Assembly (NCBI GenBank): GCA_951406725.2
Contig: OX597825.1
Coordinates: 53,258,001-53,322,000 of the forward strand
DNA from: Octopus vulgaris
Taxonomy: Eukaryota
Length of the DNA: 64,000 bases
Direction of reading: 5' to 3'
Shown here: piece by piece, positions 14,666 to 26,404 of the stretch
Layout of the letters: each line of letters opens with the position of its first letter
How positions within the stretch are numbered: the stretch's first letter is position 1
The notes under the pieces: model-generated
Told to the model about the DNA's origin: nothing
Databases searched by the model: none
What the model saw: the letters and a program-made list of their open reading frames with translations, nothing else
Translations under genes and position numbers: made by a program

Positions 14666-14971
14666 AAATTAAATTTGTTATAATAGTGAAAAATATTATA
14701 TAATCATATACATATAAATATAAAAATATAAAAATGTAAAATATAAAAACTTATACATCATAATGCTACACTTATATAATATAATACACATTTGTACAAA
14801 AAAGGAAGGTAAACAGAACAAAATAAAACAAAATATATAACAGAGTATATATTAATATTAATAAGTACCGATATTATATATATTTGGCTAATAGTTTTTT
14901 TTATAAAAAAAGGGGCTAACACATATGGAAGGATGGACTTGGTGCTAACTTAACTGTATCTATTTTTATTA

Positions 14972-15035
<64 letters not shown>

Positions 15036-15377
15036 ATTAATAGTAATTTTTATTAACTTTTATAGCTTTAGAATTTTATGAACTGTACCATGGTTTTAAT
15101 TATTATTTTTCATCTCCATATGTGTTAGCCCTTTTTTTATAAAAAAAACTATTAGCCAAATATATATAATATCGGTACTTATTAATATTAATATATACTC
15201 TGTTATATATTTTGTTTTATTTTGTTCTGTTTACCTTCCTTTTTTGTACAAATGTGTATTATATTATATAAGTGTAGCATTATGATGTATAAGTTTTTAT
15301 ATTTTACATTTTTATATTTTTATATTTATATGTATATGATTATATAATATTTTTCACTATTATAACAAATTTAATTT

Positions 15378-15493
15378 AATTCTCTGAAGAGGCCGTGGGG
15401 CATCCTTGTTAATGCCTCATTTATACCTGCCTTTATGGCTTATAGGTTAAATGAGGTATGACTGCCCTCACTGCCGAAACAGCTGTCAGTTTT
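15378..15493 (+). ncRNA. Type I hammerhead ribozyme motif (long stem II), right arm
   Basis: CTGAAGA (15384-15390); GGCCGTGGGGCA..TGCCTCATTTA..TAAATGAGGTA..TGCCCTCACTGCC hairpin; GAAAC (15476-15480); palindromic AGCT loop; GTC cleavage triplet (15485-15487); stem I is short and weak. Confidence 0.75.
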
Positions 15494-15964
15494 TGATTTA
15501 TTTGCATATTATATTTGAAATTTTTTACTTATATCTCTTTATCTTTTTACTATTACTGTATATCTCATTTCATTTTATATATTGCCTTTACTCATATGTA
15601 ATGGTGTATTAAAGTATGGATTGAGTATCATCGGATAGTTGATGTTTTACTGATTTAAGTATGTTTCTCCATTCTCTAATTTTGTAGTATTAATTTACGG
15701 TAATATTATTACCTTTAGCCATATAATACAATAGACGAACTGATTGTTTGACAATTTTTAACATCTATGTATTAATTTTGTTGGGTACCTATCTAGCAGT
15801 ATATTGGATATATATTATCCCATGGTGGGTTGCATTTTCAACCCCTATCTCATTTTATAATATATATATATATATATATACATATAGTTATGTATACATA
15901 TATGCATATATTTATAATATTCATAAAAGTATATGTATATTTATGTATATATATATATATGCAT

Positions 15965-16050
15965 TGGGAGAATTCACAAAAAACAAAAGACGAAGGCAGG
16001 TGGTGTAGACAACAAACAGATGTGGTAGTATAACGCTCGGGAAGTGAAAA
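15965..16050. repeat. Truncated dispersed repeat (related copy at 45581-45650), TA-associated
   Basis: acaaaagacgaaggcaggtgg..acaa..tagtat is shared with 45603-45650; both follow (TA)n. Confidence 0.6.
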
Positions 16051-17032
16051 ATCTGGATAGCTATAACTTCACTCATTTCTTTATATGAGAATACATACCC
16101 GTATGAACCTCAAATGTCTGTAGGTCCGTTTCAATCGCTTCTCAATTACTTTGGCGTCGAAAATATGCACAAGAAAATACAAATATGAAGGGACTTGTGA
16201 TAAAAGCAAAACGTTCTTGTTCTAAAACAAACTTCATTGATTTCAACAAGTACTTAAGAAAATATTAAAAGCAAAATAAATCGATATTTACGAGACAAAT
16301 TATCAGAAACGGTCGAAGTATTTATGAAAATATTTTAAGATAAAGAAGGATAATTTACACCGAAATATTCTATACATTCACTGTGATGACAAGGATCGTG
16401 GACATAGCACGTGTAGAGTAGTGCACATTTGACCAGATCACGTACTCTATAGTAGCAATTCTGCCGCAAGTTTATATAAAATCTAAACAAGATAAAAGAT
16501 TAAAATCAAAATACTTGTAACATACGAAATAAAATAAGATTTATGAAGCAGAGATACAATAGTCGATATAATCATAAATAATGCACAGTAGAAGCAAGGA
16601 GAAAGATGAATAAGCAAGAAAAGCAATACATAGCATGAACTCACTAACAAAAGAAAAAAATAGCAAGTAAGAAATTATATTCTTTTGTTCGATGTTACGA
16701 AATTTTGTTGCGGTTAAATACCTAGTTGTATCAAAAATCACATGAAAATCTTCCATTAATAGATTAAAAAAAGATTCTTCAAATATTCGTGCGTAAATAT
16801 TTAATTATGCACATTTGCATTTTACAAAATATTTGTAATTTAATAACAAAACATTGAAGTAAAATTATTGTAAAACGACGGTAAGTCACAGATATGAATT
16901 CGTTAAAAATAATACGGGAGGTTTAAAAAATACTTTACTCATTAAGTAGATGAGTAATTATTTAGAAAATGTAGATATCCATTATATAATCAACAATGAT
17001 TGTAGTATCATGCAGGAACAACGACTATCTAG

Positions 17033-17068
<36 letters not shown>

Positions 17069-17432
17069 ACACATTATTTTTTACTCAGTATTTTTTACTC
17101 AGTATTTTTTTCTTTTTCCTCTCAATCCTTTCTGTCGAAGAGAGTAGGGTTGAAACTTCAAAGACTAAAGACTTTACCATTCTTTCCGACCATTAAACTA
17201 GTACTCCTGCTTATTGTTTCCTCAACTTTTTTCGTGAGCATAGCTTTGAAACGTAATGCAAGTATATGTCTAACATTTCACGCGATGTCAAAACACCACT
17301 ATCTTAATTCAAGCCTAGGCTAACACCGGTATTTGCTTGGATTTTTGTTTCTTCTCTCAAGTGAATATTTCACAGCAAATTACTCCCGACGGGAGATATT
17401 CAGCAACAGTACTCTGGAGTAAAGATTAGCTA

Positions 17433-17610
17433 CCAACATAACATGGCAGTTCTGGTTTAGGACGAATGTTGCTGTAATTTAGCCCCAGGAGACATCATCT
17501 CCAGCTGGCTGTACGACACGATCTGTGTCCTATAGCGAGCTGGAGATGATGTCTCTGGGGCTAAATTACAGCCACATGTGTCCTAACGCAGGGCTGCCAT
17601 GTTATGTTGG
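17433..17610. repeat. Foldback hairpin, ~73-bp arms, ~32-nt loop
   Basis: ccaacataacatggcag..gctgtaatttagccccaggagacatcatctccagct vs agctggagatgatgtctctggggctaaattacagc..ctgccatgttatgttgg. Confidence 0.9.
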
Positions 17611-17875
17611 CAATTATTCTTTAAATATTTTACGTTTTATTTGTTTCCGTCATTGAAATACAGCCTTGGTGAGTTTTTGCTGAACGAATAGCCCACACCA
17701 CTTGCGTACCAGGAAAGTTCAGACATTTTCGGCAGCTATTAATTTGAAGGTAGTGCAAAATTCTAATCTGCTCCAAAGTAACATCTCGCTTTAATACGCT
17801 TACTGTAACGATCCAGCCACTTCATAAAGGCACCATGGAATTCTTCCATTATGAATGTTTCCAGAATCTCAAAAT

Positions 17876-18020
17876 TTCTTTAAAATCATGTATTAGAAAT
17901 ATCTTAATAATCACAATTTTACTGAACATATTTTCAACCCCTACGTTTCGAAATACTGCTCCTTTTCAAACACAAGATTTTACCAAACCCTCCCTAGAGA
18001 TTATGGACGTTTATAGTGTA
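17876..18020 (+). repeat. Dispersed ~145-bp repeat (other copy 13291-13436)
   Basis: ttctttaaaatcatgtattagaaatatct..cgaaatactgctccttttcaaacacaaga..tatggacgttt..agtgta at both loci. Confidence 0.85.
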
Positions 18021-18364
18021 TCATGTATATAACAGTACTCTGGAGTACATAACAGTAATCAGGACTAAAGGTGTTACAATCTCCTGCATCTTCTCATTTT
18101 ATTCAAAGTAATTGTCGTTCTTCAGCTTGGGGAACAACCACAAAGAAATTAATAAATGAATTATAAAACTCATAGATAGCTAACACTGAACTTCAAGGAC
18201 GGTATTTGGCAGTTTTAGTACTGTCGAGTAGTTAGTTGCAAGATAGAATTGTGGACTGATGCGTTGATTTCACCGAAGCAGCCCTGCGCGAAGGACTCGC
18301 GCATTTTGCGGCAAAATATCTTTTTGAATTTCCTCAAAATCTCAACAAAGTACTCTTTCTTATT

Positions 18365-18570
18365 TCTTTACCACCCACAAGGGGCTAAACATAGTGGGGA
18401 AAAACAAGGACAGACAAAGGGATTAAGTCGATTACATCGACCCCAGTGCGTAACTGATACTTAATTTATCGACTCCGAAAGGATGAAAGGCAAAGTCGAC
18501 GTCGGCGGAATTTGAACTCAGAACGAAACGGCAGACGAAATACCGCTAAGCATTTCGCCCGGCGTGCCGC
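18365..18570 (-). mobile_element. SINE family A, well-preserved copy
   Basis: atcgaccccagtgcgtaactgatacttaatttatcgactccgaaaggatgaaaggcaaagtcgac..gaatttgaactcagaacg..taccgctaagcatttcgcccggcgtg. Confidence 0.9.
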
Positions 18571-18639
18571 CAAAGTACTCTTTCTTGATAATCTAACAAA
18601 TAGGTACACAGTGGATATAAAACAATGCTCTTGCTGTCG

Positions 18640-19240
18640 AGGAAGGCGATCATTGTAAGCTTTTCGGTCGACTTACTTCTAGACCTTCTAGACCTGACCT
18701 TCTAGAGTCAGACGGAGCCAGGAAGTATCTATTAAGCACCCTCTCTCTGGATCATAACTCTATGTCCGGCTTTCGTCACGGGTCACTAGAGGCTCCAGTA
18801 TTCTAGGAAGGATTAAAGAGCTAAAACATTCAACTGTTGTCACAAACGTGTCTTTCCTTCAATTCGTCATTGAGTACCCAGGGAAAACAGTTTGCGCAAA
18901 TTTTGCGCATGTACAGATCTTCCAGAATAATTATTTATAGACACTCGACTATCTTCGATTAGAAAATTGCGGAGTTTCTTGTCCAACTCTAATCTTCTGA
19001 TTTCCAGATGTCTCTCCTTTCCTTCTCACATCTCTCATAGTCTCTTACCTTCTTATTAACGCCCTTAAATCCTTTGTGCCACCGAAAAAAAGACGCTCTT
19101 CCGTACAAGTTTATCGTGAAACAGTCTCTAGAATTATATATTTTGCTGCAGCGTGTTTTCTCCGTTTAGCATAAGATTTTATTGCATAACCAGCTTCTAA
19201 ATTGTCTTCACATCCCGACTACATTCTACAAAAAAACATC
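18640..19240 (-). pseudogene. mariner transposase remnant (HTH to first catalytic D)
   Basis: Minus strand with frameshifts: YAIK..; RASxFRWHK-like; EDSRVSI; LVTRDES..YDPE (TxDExW..YDPE motif). Confidence 0.7.
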
Positions 19241-19352
19241 TGTGACAAGCAGTATTTTGGAAGGTATGTTTCAAGTGATGTTAGAGCAGTCTCTTTCAAT
19301 CTGGAATAAAAAGTTTGTAGATAAGTTTATTAGATGTACATGATGCTATACT

Positions 19353-20623
19353 TGTATTGGTATTGGCATCCTTTCTGTCTCGGGAGACAATGGAGTTGCG
19401 CATTTTTTTTTTTTTTTTTCTAGTCCGTCTGTTATATTTTATTTCCTGATACATTTCCTGCTGTGGCTGTGTAGTCCTATCCTGGATAAACACTCCCTCT
19501 GGCAGGTACTGCAAATGTAGCGAAGACTGTTCCTGGCTGGTTGTAGTGCCATGGTCTCTTGTTTACGTCTCTTCCTTTCTTCCCATTTTTCCTCTCTCTC
19601 TCTATTACTCCTTTGTACTCCCTCTTTTACTGTACGCCGCCATTCTCCACGGTTGCCGGCGACTGCCTCCCAACCGCTAATGTTGATGTTGCAGGCCTTC
19701 ATATCCCTTTTGCAAACATCCTTGTAACGTAAGATCGGTCTACCCACAGACCTAGTACCCCTAGCAAGCTCTCTGTAGAGTATGTCCTTGGGGATTCTGC
19801 CATCTTTCATACGGCTAACATGCCCAAGCCATCTGATACGTATTTGTGTGAGGAGTGCAAACATGCTTGGTATTCCTGCTTGCCTGACGACATCTTTGTT
19901 GGGGATATGATTCTGCCATTTGATGTGGAGGATTTTTCGGAGGCAGCGCAGGTGAAAGATGTTTAGGCGACGCTCTTGGCGTGTGTATAGCGTCCAGGTC
20001 TCGCTTCCATACAGTAGAGTGCTGAGTACACATGCCTGGTAGATCTTCATTTTCGTGGTCTTGGTCAGCTTATTGTTGTCCCAAGCCCGTTTGGAGAGTT
20101 GGGCCATCGCAGCAGCTGCCTTGCCAATGCGTATATTGAGCTCAGCGTCAAGGGATAGGTTGTAGGTGACGGTAGAGCCCAGATAGGTAAACTTCTCCAC
20201 CTCTTGTAATCTGTGGTCTCCAATATGTATGTTTAGGATGTCCGATGTAGCCTGGCCCATGATGTTGATCTTCTTAAGGCTGATAGCTAAGCCAAAGTCG
20301 TTACATGCTTGCTCAAAACAGTTAATGAGCCTTTGGAGGGCTTCTTCTGTGTGTGTTACCAGAGCGGCATCATCAGCAAATAACATCTCCTTGATCAGGA
20401 CGTTTCTGATTTTGGTCTTGGCACGCAGGCGCGAGAGATTGAACAGTTTCCCGTCACTTCTACTGTGCAGAAACACTCCATCATCTGATGTCTGAAAGGC
20501 ATGTGACAGTAAGAGTGAGAAGAAGATGCCAAAGAATGTAGGAGCGAGGACACAGCCTTGCTTTACCCCGTTTTTTATTTGGAAGGCGGCTGATGTTGAA
20601 CCGTTGTGCTGTATGGTGCCTTG
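19353..20623 (-). mobile_element. 5'-truncated RTE-clade (BovB-like) LINE with a 14-bp TSD
   Basis: TSD catgatgctatact at 19339-19352 and 20624-20637; 3' tail ccattgtctcccgagacagaaaggatgccaataccaatac on the minus strand. Confidence 0.93.
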
Positions 20624-20626
20624 CAT
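19439..20626 (-). CDS. RTE-clade reverse transcriptase C-terminal part (395 aa, uninterrupted)
   Basis: GVKQGCVLAPTFF, LFADDAAL, FTYLGS, LLYGSETW, RWLGHVSRM..RIPK..LY, terminal C..C..SRIGLHSH zinc finger. Confidence 0.93.
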   Translation of the reverse strand: MQGTIQHNGSTSAAFQIKNGVKQGCVLAPTFFGIFFSLLLSHAFQTSDDGVFLHSRSDGKLFNLSRLRAKTKIRNVLIKEMLFADDAALVTHTEEALQRLINCFEQACNDFGLAISLKKINIMGQATSDILNIHIGDHRLQEVEKFTYLGSTVTYNLSLDAELNIRIGKAAAAMAQLSKRAWDNNKLTKTTKMKIYQACVLSTLLYGSETWTLYTRQERRLNIFHLRCLRKILHIKWQNHIPNKDVVRQAGIPSMFALLTQIRIRWLGHVSRMKDGRIPKDILYRELARGTRSVGRPILRYKDVCKRDMKACNINISGWEAVAGNRGEWRRTVKEGVQRSNREREEKWEERKRRKQETMALQPARNSLRYICSTCQRECLSRIGLHSHSRKCIRK

Positions 20627-20709
20627 GATGCTATACTAAACCTTCAATAATCAAAGGCAGTTTTAATTAACTCTCAAACATTCTGAGGTGCACTTTCTGA
20701 TTATTTGTC

Positions 20710-21050
20710 ATACGCTTGATACTTATTTTCTCGGTGTCTTCTTTCAAACCGTTAAGTTACAGTAAGCACGCCGACGCCAGCTGTGAAGCAATGGCAGAGG
20801 ACAAATTCTGTCTCTTTCTCTCTCTCTCTCTCTCTCGCTCACACACACACACACACACACACACGCAAACAAACACATAAACACACACACACTCGCACAC
20901 ATTGACGAGCTTCTCTCTACCAAATCAAATCAAGTCTTTTTGTCGGCCTGCGACTATAGTAGTAGATGAATGGCCTAGGAACTCTACAGTGGGTCAAGAC
21001 ATTAAACCATGTGGTTAGAAAGCATACGTCTTTCCACGCAGCCACGCCTA
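20710..21050 (-). mobile_element. SINE family B copy
   Basis: aaaccgttaagttac..(CT)n(CA)n..gtcggcctgcgactatagtag..aaccatgtggttag..ccacgcagccacgcct. Confidence 0.75.
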
Positions 21051-22389
21051 GATTTACACACAGGCACATACACACGCACACACACATACTGTTCCTTTTA
21101 ATATAACTTCAGCTGGTCTCGTAAAGTAAATTTTAACTGTAGTGATATCTAACAAGCCACTACACATTCCTGACTTCTATGTCGATAGAGTACCAATAAT
21201 TCATCCCCTTCTTTATATTCGCTCACGTACTTCACTTTTATTTCTTCTAGGCTACGTGCTATTTTCTCTAAGTAAATTGAGGTAATGTTCTTGCTTTTAA
21301 CTTCCTTGATTCCTTTATGGTTTAGTAGGCTTTTAATACAATGCAGCATGGAAATGTATGTGTATATACATGTGTACATCTATATATATATAGACATACA
21401 TACATGTGCGCGTGCATGTGTGTGTATGTATGTGTGTGTGTATTAGTAGGAATATATAACATGAAAACGTTAAAAGAATCACCTGAAAAAGTCAAAAAGA
21501 CAACTCTTGCAGAGACTTACACACTGTCTAGCTAATAGCATTGTTTACAAGAGTACATAGACAGGATCTTTTGTAGTATTAAATCAAGATGGAATTCACA
21601 AACATTTAAAATGGTTCTGAGGTTTCTTCTCTAAGTACAACAATGCTGTAAATACACTACACTGAAGGATTTTATAACGTTAGTAAATTTATCAGGAAAT
21701 CGAACTATACGGAGAATTGTCCTAACATTTTACGCTCCACTGAATTAATCCCCTTTGCGAAGTCAAAGAAACAGTGCTAGAAGTCAATCGCTAATCGGTC
21801 AATCGCATTTCGCTTGTAATTGACATGTTAGAAATCATAAGACATTTGTTCCTTGCCTAGAATGAAAAATGAATGACTTATAGAAAAGAGGAGATATTCC
21901 AACATGTTGAATGAGTCGATTGAAGTTTCTTCTCAGTATATTATCTAAAATAAGAAGAAATTAATGCTATAAGAAGGACGGCAAATATCTTATTCTTTGT
22001 ACACCGTCTTCAACAAAATATCACTCAGATCCAAAAGATTATATATTTTCCCACTAACAATATAAAAGACTATGTTGAACATCAAGCTTCCCACTCCTTC
22101 TTATGCGAGGACCACCAATGCGAGTAGTTTTCGTATTTTTCAGTTTGTACAAAGAGTTACTTAATGTAGAGAGAAGATTTAAAGAAATTCCTTAAAATTT
22201 GATGAATGAATTCTAAAAAAGAACGATAAATGTTTGATGTATATTTTTAGAAAAGCAATACAATCTGGTTACCTCAACGTTAGATGGATCTTCAAAAATC
22301 TTCAATGAGCATTGTGCCTTTTTTTACGCTAATTCTCATACAGCAGACTTAGTATAGATCAAAGAACGAGTTGTACGCGGTATCAGTAC

Positions 22390-23510
22390 TGCTTGGCACT
22401 GACACCTTTATCTGACATGGTAAACACAACTGGATATGGTTACAACTGTTACGGCAAGACTAGCAAACATCTCTTGTATATGGATGATTTAAAACTGTAT
22501 ACTGCAAATGATAAACAACTGAAAGCATTACTACAGAGGGTACATGGATTTACCAAAGAAATATACTTGAAATTTGGCTTAGAATAATGTGCCAAAGCAA
22601 CCTTAAAAATAGTAAAACTAGTTAAGAGTAACAACCTCACACTAGGTAAAGCAAATGAAATAAGAGAATTAAAACGAAGCCAGAATGCAAATACTCAGTA
22701 ATCAATTAACTAGATAAAATACGACAAATATAAATGAAAGAGAAGATAAAGGAATACTATAGACGGGTTATATTAATACTGAAAACAGAGCTCAATGCGA
22801 AAAACTATGTAATAGTTATCAACACTCTAGCCACCCCAGTTATGATTTACAGCTACAATGTTCTCAATTGGACTATAAATTTACTAATCAAAATAGAGAG
22901 GAAAACAAGAAAATAATGACAGGATTTAAGACGTACCACCTAAAATCTGACCTTGGAAATGTGTATATACAACATATCGAAGATGGTAGAGGCCTTATAC
23001 AGCTACAAATCTATTATAAAATAAACCTCATAGGACTACAGAAATATCTACTTCAGAAGCAAGGAAAACTAATACAAATAGCCACAAAACACGAACAAAT
23101 ACAAAAACTGTCTCCTCTCTTTAAGGAAGCTAATAAATACAAAAAGAAGTCATAGTACCTAACAACTATGAAGGAAAATGAGAAACAGCGAAAGCTGTAA
23201 AACAACCGAAATCCAAACTATAACTAGGAAAGCAACGTATGATAAAGCGATGGCAAGAATAGCCCCTACAAGGCAAATATTGGGTTAAGATAAACAGAAA
23301 AATCCCAACAATAGCTGAGAGCCTAGGACTCAGGGTAGGGACGTAAGGATTTTTAATTGCAGCACACAATGAAAGCCGTCGTACCAGAAATCACCAAAAA
23401 ATATGCAATGAAAAGAAATACAAATAACTGCAGAGTATGTGGTGATTAAGAAGGAACAATAAATCATATTGTCTCTGGCAACCCAGTCCTGGCTAAGAAG
23501 GAATATATTA
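22390..23510 (+). pseudogene. R4/Dong-like non-LTR retrotransposon RT-to-CCHC fragment
   Basis: HLLYMDDLKLY, KFGLE*CAK, KEYYRRV..ILKTELNAKN, EDGRGLIQL, TINHIVSGNPVLAKKEYI; truncated by the insertion at 23511. Confidence 0.88.
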
Positions 23511-23671
23511 CAAGGAAAACTGCGGGCGCATGAATGTCAATATTCTTAAATTATTACGCTTGGAAAGTACAGAACAAAATTCTACAGTAGACTTTGCCTA
23601 ATTCGTCACCTCTTAAGGAAACTAAAATGTACTTGAAATTAAAATTCTACTTTACTTAAGATAGTGTTCTC

Positions 23672-23880
23672 TACTCCAGGCACAAGGCCCAACATTTTTT
23701 GGAAGAAGGCCAGTCGATTAGATCGACCCCAGTAAGCAACTAGTACTTAATTTATCGACCCCAAAACGATAAAAGGCAAAGTCAACCTCGGCGGAATTTG
23801 AACTCAGGACGTAAAGACAGACAAAATAGCGCTTAGCATTTCGTCCGGCGTGCTAACGCTACTGCCCGGTTACCGCCTTA
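23672..23880 (-). mobile_element. SINE family A inserted inside the TIR element
   Basis: Full family A unit ending in taccgcctt. Confidence 0.9.
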
Positions 23881-24175
23881 TTGTATTCAAAATATTGCAG
23901 CTGAAAAAAACATTAAAAAAATTTACTATATCTTATTGAAACAAAAATTATGAAAACATTGTTAGATTTTTCCAAAAATAAGCCCATCCGATTTTAAGCT
24001 AATAGGCCTATTTTCAGAAACGCTTTTCATGTATAGCCACAGTTAATTTTATTATTTTCAGAAAAAAATATTTTAAAGCCAAATTATTTATGTTAGTACT
24101 GAAACACATGGGCTTATCTTTGGAAAAAAGTAGTATTTTAAAAATGAAGCAAAATTAAAACTATTAAAAGATATA

Positions 24176-24276
24176 CAGTAGAATTCGTCTAATTAGTCAT
24201 CACTAGGACAAAATTGAAAGTGACGAATTAGGGGAAGTAACGAATTAGACAAAGACGAATAAGACTAATTCTACTG
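24176..24276. mobile_element. 101-bp pogo/Tigger-like MITE
   Basis: ta|cagtagaattcgtctaattagtc ... gacgaataagactaattctactg|ta, with internal gacgaattag repeats. Confidence 0.8.
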
Positions 24277-25850
24277 TATTAATGTTAGCTAACAATTTTT
24301 ACTTATGATATATTTGTTAGATTTTTTTAATGTGGAAGAATTGACTGAGCATATGGTTAATTTGAAACCATTTAATGACCATTCTAGTACAATCAATGGT
24401 TCTTTTATTTTTTTGTAATGCGATTTCAAATCAAGTGAAAAAATTCTTGTACAATATTATTTACAACTTCCTATTTTATTGTTTGCACATGATACAACTA
24501 AATAAAATGACTGTTTTAATTGCATATTTCAAAAGACATGATTTTAAAAATTCTTTAGTTTATATTTATTCTTGATTATTTTTCTACTATGTTTTTAAAG
24601 ATCTACTAGTTTTTTAGATTCTCATAATAAATCAAATAAATTAGCTCAAATTTACCAAATACAATATATTTTAATTTTAAAAATGTTATTCTCGGCTGCA
24701 CCATTTTTAGTACAGTAGAATTATAATTTTAAGTAGTTTTTAATTTCCTTTAGATATGACGAACTAAGTAAATTCTATTGTAGAAATATTGCTCTCTACT
24801 TTTCCAGGTGTAATAACTTAAGAAATTTAACATGCATGCACTCGCATTTTTCATTGTAATCCACTTTTTTCTTTCAGGTAATGCAATAAAGCTTATAAAG
24901 CTTTTATCAAAAAATATTTCAATTATTTTTCATTCTGGATGATTGAATTAAGATACGAATTTTATATTGTGCTCTTTTAATTTTCCCATATCTTTTCTTA
25001 AATTCTAAAAACAAGAAAATGTTATCTGGACAGAGTTTCGTTGCACTGGCTAATCTGAAAATGATTTAAAAAAATGAAGAAGTATCAAATGCATCAACCG
25101 TAAAGCACGAGGAGCCACCTGCCCTTTTGCTTTTTCTGAACAACATTACTAGAAACCCCTCAGATCTGCCCACTGAAAAAATAAACAATGCAGCATTATA
25201 TCATTAAATTTTGAGGAATATTTTTGCTTTTAAATGGAGTTTTCATATATATGCTAAGCTTCTATATTATAATCCAACTTCCATAAACCAATTTAAAACT
25301 GCATTCTATAAATAAGATGTAACTTACTTTAAACATGCAAAAATAGTCAATGCATCCACCGTGAGGCAGGGAGCGCCATCTGCACTTTTTAGGTCAAAGT
25401 TAGCTTGTTAGTCGAAATATATGCAAAATAAAAATAAAACCTTTAATTCAGATATTGTTTTTGTCAACTTGCCTGAAAAAAAAATTGAATCCTGCTACTC
25501 TGAAAATCTAATCATACTATCTGAAAGCAAAAACCTTGTCAGTAATAATCTACATTCGGCTACTCTTAATATTGAATTAAAGTTTAAAAGCAAACAAGAA
25601 GCGTTTTAAATCTTCAGAAGTTCTTATATATTTTGGTCGTAATGCATTGTTTTAGTTTGTTTAATAAGGATTCCTCCTCGTATAATGATTCTGCTTTCAT
25701 TTTGTGATCATGCAGAAAATACCAGCTTCTAAGTACTGTTTTCTGATTAGGTGAAAATGATTAAACATAAAATCTCAGTAACATTTTTCTGAAATAATAT
25801 GTATGTATGTACATATGTATTTATATAAATGTATGTATGAGTGTGTAAGT

Positions 25851-25884
<34 letters not shown>

Positions 25885-26404
25885 TTTTATTTATGCCGGA
25901 CAGCAGAAAAGAATCCACCTGTCATCAATTATTTTCAAGTTACCGCTTATCTCCTTAAAACAACGTATTTGTCACACTCATCTTTGCTTCCCTTCATGTG
26001 TGTTTTAAAAGTTACAAAATGTGTACTCGTGTGTATGAGCTGCATTGTGTGTTTATGTGTGTGTGTTTGTGTGTGCGTGCTTACGAACGTGTGTATGCAG
26101 CGTCGCGTGCATATCCCTGAAGTCGATTTCAGGTGTTAACTTTTTTTTCTACTGAACCAAATTTCGAATTTTGTAACTTAGGAGGTGACCAATCTGAAAA
26201 TGCATGACCATCATCAAATTAGCTAACAAAATGGATTAGTGATAAAGCCTCGATATGGTCGCGAGTGAGTAAATGCTGAATTTAAGAATATTATTCACAC
26301 ACTACTATGTGTAAATGATAATTCTTACAATATATATTTATTACAATATAGCGTATTCTATGCAAGATACCTAAATACTGAATTCAATTCAGACACATTG
26401 CAAT

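Larger units (their letters stand above)
14355..15860. mobile_element. Palindromic Penelope-like (pLTR/retrozyme-type) non-coding element in (TA)n
   Basis: Near-identical inverted arms 14355-14929 and 15115-15688 (~575 bp); 185-bp spacer with (TTA)n; extra tail to ~15860; (TA)n on both flanks; a hammerhead motif in each arm. Confidence 0.75.
23511..24856. mobile_element. Non-autonomous TA-flanked DNA transposon with ~140-bp TIRs
   Basis: ta|caaggaaaactgcgggcgcatgaatg..aattctact (23511-23651) is the inverse of agtagaatt..catgcatgcactcgcatttttcattg|ta (~24715-24856). Confidence 0.8.
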
